Source: an uncultured Phycisphaerales bacterium (lineage in GTDB: Bacteria; Planctomycetota; Phycisphaerae; Tepidisphaerales; Tepidisphaeraceae). Taken from it: a DNA stretch of 64,000 bases. Below are positions 41,685-52,843 of this stretch, piece after piece; within the stretch, counting starts at the first letter, position 1, and every line of letters starts with the position of its first letter. The notes below the pieces were generated by a model. The model was given only the letters and a program-made list of their open reading frames with translations. It ran no database searches and was not told the origin of the DNA. The DNA lies in assembly GCA_963758525.1 (NCBI GenBank), contig CAVWVQ010000002.1, forward strand, positions 64,001 through 128,000. The letters are read 5' to 3'. The translations under genes and the position numbers were made by a program.

Positions 41685-43094
41685 ATGGAAACCTACGACT
41701 ATGACCTGCTGGTGATCGGCTCCGGACCCGCCGGGCAGCGGGCGGCGATCCAGGCCGCCAAGCTGCACAAGCGGGTCGCCATCATCGAGCGCAAGGCCGC
41801 CATCGGCGGCGTCAGCGTCAACTCGGGGACCATCCCGTCCAAGACCCTCCGCGAGGCGGTCCTGCATCTGTCCGGATATCGCGAACGCGGCGTCTACGGC
41901 GCGTCATATACCGTCAAACAGCACATCACCATGGGCGACTTGCTGTTCCGCTCCGCCCATGTCATTCGTCACGAAATAGACGTCACCCGCCATCAGCTCA
42001 CCCGCAACGGTGTGGAGGTCATTGGAGCCGAGGCAATGTTCGCCGGGCCGCACACACTGAATCTCCAGCTCCTCGGCGGCACGCACGGGCAGGAGAGCGT
42101 CACGGCGCAGGCGATCATCCTCGCCACCGGCACCACCGCCACGCGCGACGAGCACATCCCCTTCGACGGCCAGCGCATTTTCGTCAGCGACGACATCCTC
42201 ACGCTCGAGCAGTTGCCGCGCACGATGACGGTGGTCGGCGCCGGCGTGATCGGCTGCGAATACGCCAGCATGTTTGCCACGCTCGGCGTGCGCGTCACGC
42301 TCATCGACAAGCGCAAACGGCTGCTTCCGTTCGTGGACGGGGAGATCGTCGAGTCGCTCGCCTATCACCTGCGCGAAAACCGCGTGACGCTGCGGCTTGG
42401 CGAGGAAGTCAGCGGCATCGAGCCAATTGAAGACGCGCTGGGCAAGCACGTGCGCATCCAACTCGCCAGCGGCAAGCAGATCATCACCGAAACCGCGATG
42501 CATTCGATCGGGCGAACCGGCGCCACCGGGTCGCTGAATCTCGCCGCCGCCGGGCTCACCGCCGACGATCGCGGCCGGCTCAAGGTCAACGAGCACTATC
42601 AAACCCAAGTCCCCCACATCTATGCAGTCGGCGACCTGATCGGCTTCCCGAGCCTCGCCTCCACGTCGATGGAGCAGGGCCGCCTCGCCGCATCCCACGC
42701 CTTTGGGATGCCCAGCAAGAGCGTCCCCGAGCTCTTCCCCTACGGGATCTACACCATCCCCGAAATCTCCATGGTCGGCATGACCGAGGAAGAACTCACC
42801 GAGCAAGGCGTCCCCTACGAAGTCGGCAAAGCCCAATATCGCGAGATCGCCCGCGGCCAAATCATCGGCGACAGCACCGGACTGCTCAAGCTCGTCTTCC
42901 ATCGCGAGCTGCGCGAGCTCCTCGGCGTTCACATCATCGGCGAGCAAGCCGCCGAACTCGTTCACATCGGCCAAGCCGTCCTCGCCTTCGGCGGCACACT
43001 CGATTACTTCATCGACACCGTCTTCAACTACCCCACGCTCGCCGAGTGCTACAAGACTGCGGCGTTCGACGGGATCAATCGTCTGGGCGGGTAA
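41685..43094 (+). CDS. sthA: Soluble pyridine nucleotide transhydrogenase
   Basis: IGSGPAGQRAA, GTIPSKTLRE, GAGVIGCEYAS, LASTSMEQGR, GIYTIPEIS, FNYPTLAECYK. Confidence 0.93.
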   Translation: METYDYDLLVIGSGPAGQRAAIQAAKLHKRVAIIERKAAIGGVSVNSGTIPSKTLREAVLHLSGYRERGVYGASYTVKQHITMGDLLFRSAHVIRHEIDVTRHQLTRNGVEVIGAEAMFAGPHTLNLQLLGGTHGQESVTAQAIILATGTTATRDEHIPFDGQRIFVSDDILTLEQLPRTMTVVGAGVIGCEYASMFATLGVRVTLIDKRKRLLPFVDGEIVESLAYHLRENRVTLRLGEEVSGIEPIEDALGKHVRIQLASGKQIITETAMHSIGRTGATGSLNLAAAGLTADDRGRLKVNEHYQTQVPHIYAVGDLIGFPSLASTSMEQGRLAASHAFGMPSKSVPELFPYGIYTIPEISMVGMTEEELTEQGVPYEVGKAQYREIARGQIIGDSTGLLKLVFHRELRELLGVHIIGEQAAELVHIGQAVLAFGGTLDYFIDTVFNYPTLAECYKTAAFDGINRLGG

Positions 43095-43262
43095 TGCCAC
43101 TATGTCAGCCGTATTCACGCAATCTGACCGACTCACGCGTTTGCTCCTCGACCGAAAACAGTCGTCCGCGTGGTGGCGCACACTTTGCGGGCGGCAACGC
43201 CCATGCGTTGAGAAAGCAGTGTGCCTCCCGCATGTTTCTGTTAGCTGGCGGAGTATTGAACG

Positions 43263-44196
43263 ATGGACATTCGAATTGGCTATGACATTTCTTTTCAGAC
43301 GACGGTGAACCTTCCGATGAATCTGGTGCTGTATACGCACCCGTCGCGCGAAATGGACTTGCTTTACCCTGATCTCATCCATGTCAAGCCGGAGTATGGC
43401 CCGGAGTTGCCGGTGCAGATCGCGCGGGATCCGTTTGGCAACAAGATCGGTCGCATTGTCTCCCCCGGCGGACGCCTTCGCATCAGCTCGGACAACGTCG
43501 TTCGCGACAGCGGGCTGCCGGATCCGGTTCCAGGCGACCAGTGGGAAAGATATCAAGCGCCGCCGGATCAGTTGCCGCCGGACGTGCTGCAATATCTGAT
43601 GCCCAGCCGCTATTGCGAGGTGGAGTTGATCCAGGATCGGGCCTGGCAATTGTTCGGTAACATCCGGCCCGGTTGGCAGCGAGCCAAGGCGGTCGTGGAT
43701 TGGGTGCACAACTATGTGACCTTCGGTTACCAGTACGCTCGAAATACAAAGACTGCGATGGATGTCTGGAACGAGCGCTGTGGTGTCTGCCGCGATTTTC
43801 AGCATCTGTGCATCAGCCTGCACCGCGCTGAACCTGCCCGCCCGCTATGTGACGGGGTATTTGGGAGACATTGGCGTGCCGCTCAATCCCGCTCCGATGG
43901 ACTTCTCGGCCTGGCACGAGGTGTATCTCGGCGGCCGCTGGTGGGCGCTTGATGGCCGGCACAACGAGCCGCGTATCGGCCGGATCCTCATGGCTACGGG
44001 GCGCGACGCAGTGGATGTTGCGCTCACCACGCAGTTCGGTCCGGGCTGGCTGCAGAGTTTCAACGTGATCACCGAGGAAATTCGCAACCCTGGGCCCGAA
44101 TTCCAGAACGCGGGATGGGGTTACTCCAACCGATCGATCGTGCAGACCTGCCAGAACTACGATTTTGGTGCGCAGACTTTGGCCGCGAGCGCCTAG
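43263..44196 (+). CDS. Transglutaminase-like protein (frameshift near 43825)
   Basis: PSRYCE, GVCRDFQH; LPARYVTGYLGD, MDFSAWHEVY, GRDAVDVA. Confidence 0.88.
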
Positions 44197-45258
44197 AAAC
44201 CACTGAGCAATCCCATTTCGTCGTCGATCCGCCGGACCAGCCCCCAGTCGTCCTTATAGTTGGTGGGCACAAACTTGGTATGCGAGCCACTATTGAGCAG
44301 CTTCTCCAGCGAAGTGCCCTTCCAGTCAAAGCTAAGCAATGCCTCCCGCACCTTCTGCGCCAACTCCGGCTTGAGGTTGTAGGCATACCCAAGCCCCGCG
44401 GTGGGAAAACCTTCGCTCTGGAAAATCATTCGCAACTGTGAGGGGGCAATCGTTCCGGCAGCAATTTGCCGGCCGAGCATGTCATCGGCAACCGCGGCGG
44501 CCTCGTAACGATGAGCAACCACGCCGGCGATCGACGCCTCGTGGGAATGCGAATAGCGAAGACGGATATCGGAAATCGGTTGGATGCCGAACTTCTCTTT
44601 GAGCAACAGCAAAGGAGCCTTATAGCCACTGTTCGACGCTGGATTTGTCAGCGTCAATTCGTGGCCTTTCAGGTCTTCGGGCTTCTGCAATGGACTGTCG
44701 GCCGGCACGATGATGTCCGTGTGAGTGAGTGCTCCTCCATCTGCGGTGGGCAGTGCGCAGCACGGGCACAAAACCCGTGAGATTCACTGCCGGAGGGACC
44801 GCACCGGTATTGAAGCCGGCAACCTGCAGCTTGCCATCGTGCATGGCCTCCAGTTCATCCTGCGTCGAGGTGACCAATAGATACTCAACCGGCTTGCCCG
44901 TGGCCTTGGACAGGTAATCGCTGAAGGGCTGCCACTGCGCTTTGTTATCTTCGGCGTCATCTGTTGCCACGAAGCAGAACACCAGCGTCGGCGGGTCGAT
45001 CCAGTGAACCGGGTCGGTCGGCGCGTCGGCCACCAGATCGCGATCTTCGTCCTTAAACGCGGGACTCAGCTTATGCACGGAGTTGCTGAACCCCGTGAAA
45101 GCCAGGTAATCGGCGGCAGCGCCTTCGCTGACTTCGCTGGGGAAGAGCTTGATCCAAAGAACCAGTCCGATCACCGCGGCGGCCAGGCCCGCGATGATGA
45201 ACAACAAGACCGGATGCGTCGCCTTCGGCTTCGGAAGGTCCTTCTCACTCGTCGTCAT
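44193..45258 (-). CDS. PhnD-like phosphate/phosphonate-binding protein (frameshift near 44755)
   Basis: AGFNTGAVP, SNSGYKAP, HEASIAGV, YKDDW; N-terminal TM anchor. Confidence 0.8.
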
Positions 45259-45452
45259 ACGCGTGCCCTTATTTTGTCAAGCTGAACCTAAGAAACGCAA
45301 TGATACCAAGCCGCGAAGACTGGAACACGAAAATTATCATCGTTGCACCCAGCTCTTAACTGAATCCGAATTGATTCTGGCTACCGGCTTCCCGCATCTT
45401 CCGCACTGCCGGTATACTTCACGAAACCAACGCGCCCGAGTCAGGGTGCGAT

Positions 45453-46238
45453 ATGAGTAAAATGGAAGCACTCGCTCCGATCAATGGAGTGTTGGTGGAT
45501 CTGGCCGGAGTCGTCTATCAAGGGGAATCGCTGCTTTCAGGGGCGACGGCCGCGCTGTCGCGGCTAAAGCAACGGATCCCCAAGCTTCGCTATCTTACGA
45601 ATACTACGCGGTCCACGCGGCGGACGCTGGTTGATCGCCTGCGCCGACTGGGGCTGTCGATCCAGGAGACGGAGGTGTTCAGTGCGCCGCAGGCGGCCGT
45701 CCAACTGCTCAAGCAGCGCGACCTGCGGCCCCTGCTGCTCGTGCATCCAGACCTGTTGCCGGAATTTGACGCCTTTTCCAAGACAAATCCGAACGCGGTC
45801 GTGATCGGCGACGCCGGGGCGGCGTTGACGTATGAAAGCCTGAACCAGGCGTTTCGCCTGCTGATGGACGGCGCCCCGCTGATCTCGATGGGGCGCAACC
45901 GCTATTTTCGCGAAGCAAGCGGGCTGTCGCTGGATGCCGGCCCTTTCGCGACCGCCCTTGAGTACGCGGCGGGTATTCGCGCCGAGGTGGTGGGCAAGCC
46001 GGATCCGGAGTTCTTCCATCTCGCGCTGAGCGACGCAGGCTGTCCGCCCGGCGAAGCCGTCATGATCGGCGACGATGTTCATGACGACGTTTGCGGCGCT
46101 GTCAACGCCGGCCTGCGTGGCATCCTCGTCCGAACCGGCAAGTACCGCGCCGGAGACGAGAAGCAACTCACCGAGCCATCCGCCATCGTTGTCGACGATC
46201 TCGCCGCGGCGGTCGAGCATATTCTCTCGGGCGAGTAA
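45453..46238 (+). CDS. HAD-IIA hydrolase (LHPP-like)
   Basis: DLAGV, LTNTT, VGKP, MIGDDVHDD, VRTGKYR. Confidence 0.88.
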   Translation: MSKMEALAPINGVLVDLAGVVYQGESLLSGATAALSRLKQRIPKLRYLTNTTRSTRRTLVDRLRRLGLSIQETEVFSAPQAAVQLLKQRDLRPLLLVHPDLLPEFDAFSKTNPNAVVIGDAGAALTYESLNQAFRLLMDGAPLISMGRNRYFREASGLSLDAGPFATALEYAAGIRAEVVGKPDPEFFHLALSDAGCPPGEAVMIGDDVHDDVCGAVNAGLRGILVRTGKYRAGDEKQLTEPSAIVVDDLAAAVEHILSGE

Positions 46239-46419
46239 TCCGCACGGCTCAACGACCGTTATGAAACTTTATGAAATGCCTTTGAAGGGCGTGGGCGAAT
46301 TTCCGGCCAATTAGGAGCAAACGCGCGCTTGCGTAGTTGCAATTGCACGCTGGAAGCCCGCGCCACAAAGTGCGTGCCTCGCGCCTTTGCGCGGCCCTGC
46401 TGGCCGACTGGACCGAAGC

Positions 46420-46578
46420 GTTGTTCGTGCGGTCGATCCTGTGTTGCTTGGGCCGTTCGTACCAGCTCGTCTCGAAGTCGATCTGCATGACGGTCGCGCG
46501 TTCGTGACGCTCGTCGCTTTTACGCAAGGGCGGCTTCGCCCGCGGATCGGCGGACGATGCACCGAGTGGATCAGTTGA
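46420..46578 (+). pseudogene. Fragment resembling the N-terminal part of DUF2071/YqjF proteins
   Basis: VDPVLLGPFVPARLEVDLHDGRAFVTLVAF; no proper start; ends against the convergent OsmC gene. Confidence 0.5.
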
Positions 46579-46993
46579 CAGGTTGCCCGGCGAAGTGAAA
46601 CGTTACCGGCATCTGCACGTCCGGATGCATGCTCTTATGCACGGGACACGTCATGGCCGCGTTGCGCAGCTTTTCCTGTTGCTCGCTGGTCAGCACGGCG
46701 GGGATATGAAATTCCACCGCGAGCTGGCCGATCCTCCGCGGGCCGGTGGTCACCATTTCCTTCTGCACCTTCACGGTTGAGCCGCGCAGATCGACGCCGA
46801 TGCGCTGTGCATAAATCCCCATGGTGGTCAGCATGCACGTTCCCAGGGCGGTCGCGATAAGGTCAGTCGGGGAGAATGCCTCTCCCTTGCCCATGTTGTC
46901 CTTCGGCGCATCAGTTTGCAGCGTCGCGCCGGAGGGTCCATGCGTCGCCGCACACCGCAATGAACCCTCGTATACCGCGCTAATTTCAACCAT
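46571..46993 (-). CDS. OsmC family protein
   Basis: TDAPKDNMGKGEAFSPTDL, LGTCM, CPVHKS. Confidence 0.9.
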   Translation of the reverse strand: MVEISAVYEGSLRCAATHGPSGATLQTDAPKDNMGKGEAFSPTDLIATALGTCMLTTMGIYAQRIGVDLRGSTVKVQKEMVTTGPRRIGQLAVEFHIPAVLTSEQQEKLRNAAMTCPVHKSMHPDVQMPVTFHFAGQPVN

Positions 46994-47126
46994 GGCAGTC
47001 CCTTGAAAATGAGATATCGCTCACCGGCATTCGTACCACGAAATGACACGATCGCAAAGCGCGCAGATGCGCGCGGCGATTGCTCGCGAATGCTGATACG
47101 ATATGGGAATTCGGGAGTTTCCGTCG

Positions 47127-48034
47127 ATGCCCTGGAGCCTTATGCCATACTTATTCTGCGGCGCTGTTCTGACGATCGCCGTGCTGTTCCTCCGCGTCGA
47201 TCGCGTGAATGCGGCCGACGCCTCGGCCACGCGGCCGACGACGGAACCGGCAACGGAACCCACAACAGGACCGCAACTGAATCTGGCGTGGCCCGGCGAG
47301 AAGATCGACCAGTGGCACGGATTCAAGCGGCACAGGATCACTGTCGATGGTTGTTCCGCATGGGTTGTTGAGCCGACGACGCCGCTGCCCGGCAATCCGT
47401 GGTCATGGTGCATGGAGTTTCCAGATGCGTTCACCGATCGGTGTGCCGCTCCGCAATTGCTGGCGAAGGGATTCTTTCACGCATACATCTCTGTCGGCAA
47501 CACGTTCGGCAGCCCACCGGCGCAGAAACACCTGCAGGCATTCTACGCGGAGGTGACTTCACGCGGACTGGCGCAAAGCCCGCGCTGATCGGCATCAGCC
47601 GCGGCGGTCTGTATGCCTACCATTTTGCGGCGGAGAACCCGACGCATGTCTCAGTCATTTACGGGGACGCCCCCGTCTGCGACTTCAAGAGCTGGCCGGC
47701 GGGCAACGGCAAGGGCCAAGGCAGCAAAGCCGACTGGCAAAGCCTCATGAAACTGTACGGCTTCAAAAACGAAGCCGAGGCGCTTGCCTACATGGGGAAT
47801 CCGATCGACACGCTCCCTCCGCTGGCCGCGGCGGGAATCGCGATCATTCATGTGGTCGGAGATGCCGACAATGTCGTGCCCGTCGAAGAGAATACCGCGA
47901 TCGTCGAAGAGCAGTACCGCTTGCTGGGCGGCACAATGCAGGTGATTCACAAGCCAGGCGTGGGCCATCATCCGCACGGGCTCGACGACGACACGCCGGT
48001 GGTGGATTTTATCGTTAAACATGCCGCCAAGTAG
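47127..48034 (+). CDS. Secreted alpha/beta hydrolase (frameshift near 47575)
   Basis: Signal peptide plus ATRP linker; GISRGG nucleophile elbow, HVVGDAD, GVGHHPHG. Confidence 0.8.
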
Positions 48035-48124
48035 TCGCCCAGGATGCCCCAGGACGCGTCTTACGCACTCAAGTTCGACGATCCCGACGTCCGATAATGC
48101 AGGCAGCGGTCCTTGGGAGCACTC

Positions 48125-48793
48125 ATGCAGGTGGTCATCATTGGCGCGGGCGGTCACGGGCGAGTTGCGCTGGATATCCTCCAGGCCGCCGGGACGTATG
48201 AACCGGTCGGATTCCTCGACGCGGATCAATCGCTCACCGGCGAAACTGTTGGCAATCTGCCGGTGCTGGGCTCCGTCAACATGCTGCCCAAGCTCCGGCA
48301 ACAGCGGATCAAGTTTGGATTCGTTGCCATCGGGGACAATCGTGTTCGCCGGGAATATGCCGCTTTGCTTCGCGAGCATGGACTGACGCTGATTAATGCG
48401 GTGCATCCCAGCGCCTGCATTTCCGCATCCGTCACGACCGGGCAAAATGTGATGGTGGCTGGGGGCGCGGTCGTCTGCGCCGAATGCCGCCTGGCGGATT
48501 CAGTCATCATTAACAGCGGCGCGGTCGTCGATCACGAATGTGAAATCGAGGAATCCGCCCACATCTGCACGGGCGCGCATCTGGCCGGCCGGGTTCGGGT
48601 GGGGCGCGGCGCATTTGTGGGGATTGGAGCCAACATTATTCAATGCCTCTCGATCGGAGAGGAAGCGATCATCGGCGCAGGGGCGGTGGTCATTCGGGAT
48701 GTTCCGTCATATGCGACTGCGGTAGGGGTTCCCGCGTCGATTATCAAGACCGGCATGCCGCTGCAGCCTGAGGCAGTTATTGTCAACCGCTGA
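48125..48793 (+). CDS. Sugar acetyltransferase, NeuD/PglD family (hexapeptide repeats)
   Basis: IGAGGHG, AIGDNRVR, VHPSA, VVDHEC, GAGAVV, GVPA. Confidence 0.9.
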   Translation: MQVVIIGAGGHGRVALDILQAAGTYEPVGFLDADQSLTGETVGNLPVLGSVNMLPKLRQQRIKFGFVAIGDNRVRREYAALLREHGLTLINAVHPSACISASVTTGQNVMVAGGAVVCAECRLADSVIINSGAVVDHECEIEESAHICTGAHLAGRVRVGRGAFVGIGANIIQCLSIGEEAIIGAGAVVIRDVPSYATAVGVPASIIKTGMPLQPEAVIVNR

Positions 48794-48878
48794 CGGGCGC
48801 TAGACTTGCCAGAACCTGGGTTGCCGCATCGTCTTTCTGCGATATAATAATTGCGGAAGGTGCGGAGGAGAGGACCTG

Positions 48879-49061
48879 ATGAGCGCGGTGTATAACCCTG
48901 AATCGGATCTGATGGCGGAAATCGAGCGGCTTGAATTGGAAGCCCGCGAGATTTTACGCAGCATCGAACATGCGCACAACGCAGCCGACAAGCGCGTTCT
49001 GAATCGCCAGCTCAAGGAACTCTACGACGCAATTGTATACCTGCAGGCGCGGCTTCCATAA
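48879..49061 (+). CDS. Small hypothetical coiled-coil protein (60 aa)
   Basis: TATAAT at 48843, strong GGAGAGGA RBS, helical sequence, terminator downstream. Confidence 0.7.
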   Translation: MSAVYNPESDLMAEIERLELEAREILRSIEHAHNAADKRVLNRQLKELYDAIVYLQARLP

Positions 49062-49102
49062 CCGCCGGTGAAATCCCAGCCTAAGACGGACCCGAAAGGG
49101 TC

Positions 49103-49245
49103 GGGTGTAACTTTTATTTGTGGCGATTGCAGATTTTGCGATCGTAGGGCGGGATTCATCCCGCCGTTTTCTCAGCCGGCCAACAAATCGGCGGGATGAA
49201 TCCCGCCCTACTCGGAGCCGATCGCCACTTTCGAGCGCCACACCC
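49103..49245. mobile_element. 143-bp MITE, copy 2, with 8-bp target-site duplication AAAGGGTC
   Basis: Identical to 38025-38167; direct repeats at 49095-49102 and 49246-49253. Confidence 0.9.
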
Positions 49246-49311
49246 AAAGGGTCTTTTTTTTCGACCTGCCTTTGGACTGCCGCCCCAACGCGGGTATCGT
49301 CACGGCGCTGC

Positions 49312-50495
49312 ATGATCATTCCGGTTCTCAGCCTCGCGGGCATCAGTTTCGTAATCGCGTGGATCGGCACATTCCTGATGAAGCGCGTCGCTCCGCGCAT
49401 CGGGTTTGTCGATCGGCCCGGCGGACGCAAGATTCATCCAAACCCCAAGCCGCTCGGCGGCGGTGTCGCGATCTTTCTCGGCTTCGCGCTTCCAGTGGCC
49501 GCCGGACTCCTCGTCGTCGCACTGCATCGAACTGCCCCACCATCTCATGACCCCGACGCTGGGCGCATTGCCGCCTACTGGGCTGGCGCAGAGAACGCGC
49601 ACCGATGATGCTCGGCGTGATCGTCGCTGCGTTGCTCATGCACCTGCTTGGACTTTGGGACGATCGCAAGGCACTGGGGCCGTACGTCAAGCTGTGCATT
49701 CAGTTGGGCGTCATCGCTGGCGTGGTGACATTCCTGAACGTGCGGGCCCTCACGTTTCTCGATGCCTTGGGCCTGGGCCGTTTTCCCTCGATCGCGCTGA
49801 CGGTGCTCTGGATTGCTGCAATCACCAACGCATTCAACTTTCTCGACAACATGGACGGTCTCTCTGCCGGCGTCGCGGCGGTGTGCACTGCCGCGTTTCT
49901 CTTCGCGAGCATTTCCATCGAGCAATGGTTCGTCGCGGCCGGCCTCTCGCTGCTGCTTGGATCGCTGCTTGGGTTCCTGTGTTTCAACTTCGCGCCGGCC
50001 AGCATTTTCATGGGAGACAGCGGGAGCCTGGTCATCGGTCTATTGCTGGGCGTCCTCACGGTGCGCAGCACATATCTCCCCCCGGGGGAGAATTTCGGAG
50101 CCGGCTGGTATGCGGTCTTCGCGCCGCTGATCGTGCTTGCGGTGCCGCTGTACGATCTGATCGTCGTCAGCACCCTGCGGCTTCTGCGCGGCAAGAGCCC
50201 GTTTGTCGGAGACACGAATCATTTCAGCCACCGCCTGGTGGCGCGCGGCATGTCGCGCCGGACGGCGGTGCTTTGCCTGTACCTCATTACCGCAGCGACG
50301 GCCATCGCCGCGATTATTTTGCCCCACCTGCAGTCTGCGCTGCTGGCCAAACTCATCTTCCTTCAGACGTGGCTCATCCTGGCGGTGGTTGCGCTGCTCG
50401 AGCAACATCCGCTCCCGCAAGCGCCAAAGGCCCCTGGGGCGGATGCGATGGCAACCGCCGCGGAACGCGCGCCCGATCTGGTCTCGACACGATAA
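49312..50495 (+). CDS. MraY/WecA-family undecaprenyl-phosphate sugar-1-phosphate transferase (frameshift near 49600)
   Basis: VDRPGGRKIH..PKPLGGG; GLWDD, NAFNFLDNMDGL, FNFAPASIFMGDSGS, HFSHRL. Confidence 0.9.
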
Positions 50496-52742
50496 ATGCC
50501 CAAACGCCAACCAGCTCCGCGGCATGCAACCGGCTGGCGATGGCTCACGCGCGCCGCCTTCGCGCTGACGCTGGCGCTGGTGGTCGCAAGGCTGCTGTCG
50601 ACCGAAGTCCTGCGCAATCCTGGGCAGCCCGTCCCCGGCGAGCAAGCGGCGCCGCTGGGCCCGGGGGCGGCAACGGGACTCGTGCTCGATCTGCTTGGGA
50701 TGATGCCGGCGCTGCTGGTGCTGGCCCGCGCGGCGATCGATCCCACGTGCCGCCTGCGATGGTCCTGGGCCGCCGCCGCGATGCTCGCGCTCGGATTGTG
50801 GGCCGTCGCCAGCACCCTCTGGTCCGCCGACCGCTTCGCGGCAATCGTCTCATCGATGCACTGGCTGGGGGCGATGGTTCTTCTCTGGTCCACGATCCAT
50901 CTGGTCGATTCCTGGCTGCGGGTGCGGATCGTCGGCGGCGTCTGTCTGGGGCTGCTCATCGCGCTGGTGGTCACCGGATACTACTTCCGGCTGGTCGAGT
51001 GGCGCGATCTGCGCACCGCGTGGGAGACCAACCGCACGGATATCCTGAGGGAACACAGTTGGGCAGCCGACAGCTTCGACGCCCGCCAGTTCGAGAAACG
51101 CATTCTCAGCGGCGAGGTGATGGGATTCAGTGCCTCCCCAAACACATATGCCGCACTCCTTGTGCTGCTTTGCACCATCTCCGCAGGGATCGCGCTGACA
51201 AGTATCGAGGCGGGTGACGCGCCCGGCTGGATCGTGCCGCCGATCGTGGCTGTCTGCTGCGCGGGTCCCGCCCTGTTCTGGGCTCAGTCGCGCGGCGCGG
51301 CGGGCACCGCGGTCGTCGCGGCAATTCTGCTTGCCGTCTGCGGAAAGTTCCGGTCACTGCTTCGCGAACGCGCCAGAAGGTCTATTGGCTGACTCTGGGC
51401 GGCGCGCTCCTTCTTGCCTTGGCGATTGTCGCACACGGCCTCTATCACGGCACGCTCTTTCACGACAGCCTGACCTTCCGGTGGCGCTGACTGGCTCGGC
51501 GCTGCCCGGCTCATCGCCGCCCACCCGCTGCTGGGCGTCGGGTGGGAAAATTTCGGTCCCCGCTATCTCGCGTACCGCCTTCCGATCGCCAGCGAAGAGA
51601 TCCGTGATCCGCACAACTTCATCGTTCGCATCGTCGCGGAAACCGGAATCATCGGAGGCCTTCTCCTCGCGTTCGGCTTGCTCCGCCTGGCGTGGGAGGG
51701 AACGCAACTCCCGGCCCGCGCCGCGCCGACCGAAGCGGCCGAGACGCAGTGGCGGCCCCGAGCGGAGCGGCAACTTGCAACTCTCCGCATCCTCCTGATC
51801 GCGACGCTCGCGATCGCCCTCAATTTCGCAATCGCGGTCGATCTCACTTCAACGCCCTCGTACGTTCTCATCGAAGGCATGCGTCGAGCCCTCTTCTGGC
51901 TGCTGTTGATCGTCGGCATCTCTGCAGCATCCCTTCGCGTGCCAGCGAGCACGCAACGCCGTCTGCGCGACGACGAGCTCGAGTACTTCTCTGATGCACG
52001 GCCCGCCCCATGGCTGCTGTGTTCCATTCTCATTGGGCTGGCAATGTTCCTCGTCCACAATCTCATCGACTTCGCGCTGTTCGAGCCCGGCCCGATGTTT
52101 CTCTTCGCGCTCCTTGCCGGCACGGTTCTGGGCGCGCGGCAGCCGCCGCGGGGCGCGGTCGCCAGCGGCCGCGCGGTGGCGGTCTCGATCGGCATGGTGG
52201 CGTTCGCGGCGTGGATCGCGGCGGCGGCGTTGATCGTCGCGCCGATCGCGACCGCCGAATCCCTGGTCCACGACGCAGACGACGCAATCCGCAACAATCA
52301 GCCCGCGCTCGCCGCCAAAAAACTCGAGGACGCCTTCGATCGCGTGCCGTGGAACGCGGATTACGCCTTCCGCGCCGCGATTCTGCGGGCTGACGAGCAC
52401 GACCCACAGGCCGCGATAAACTTAATCTCGGCAGCCATCAACGCCGATCCGGTGATGGCCGATGCATTTGTCTGGAAATCTCAGCTCGCGCTTGCACTGC
52501 CGCATCCGGACATTTCCGCGGCGCTGGCCGACATGGCAAGAGCCGTCGCGATCGATCCGCACAGCGTCGATCTTCACCGGCGATACGCGGAAATGCTTGC
52601 TCGCCTCGGGCGCCCGATCGAAGCCGCGCAGCAATACAAGCTGGCGCTGGACGCGAACGCCGGCCTCGATCCCCACGATGCCAAGCGATTGTCGGCTTCC
52701 GACGTCGATGCCCTGCGCCATCTCGCATCCGAAAATCCGTGA
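50496..52742 (+). CDS. O-antigen ligase-like membrane protein with C-terminal TPR (frameshifts near 51375 and 51485)
   Basis: SPNTYA, QSRGA, PLLGVGWENF, DPHNFIV, HNLIDF, then TPR-like helices. Confidence 0.8.
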
Positions 52743-52843
52743 TATGCATCCATTGAGCGAACGGGGAATGTCCTGCTGAGCGATCCGCCATCGTCCTCAG
52801 ATGCGACCGATCACAGTGGCACGGCACGCGGAGCCAAGGATTG

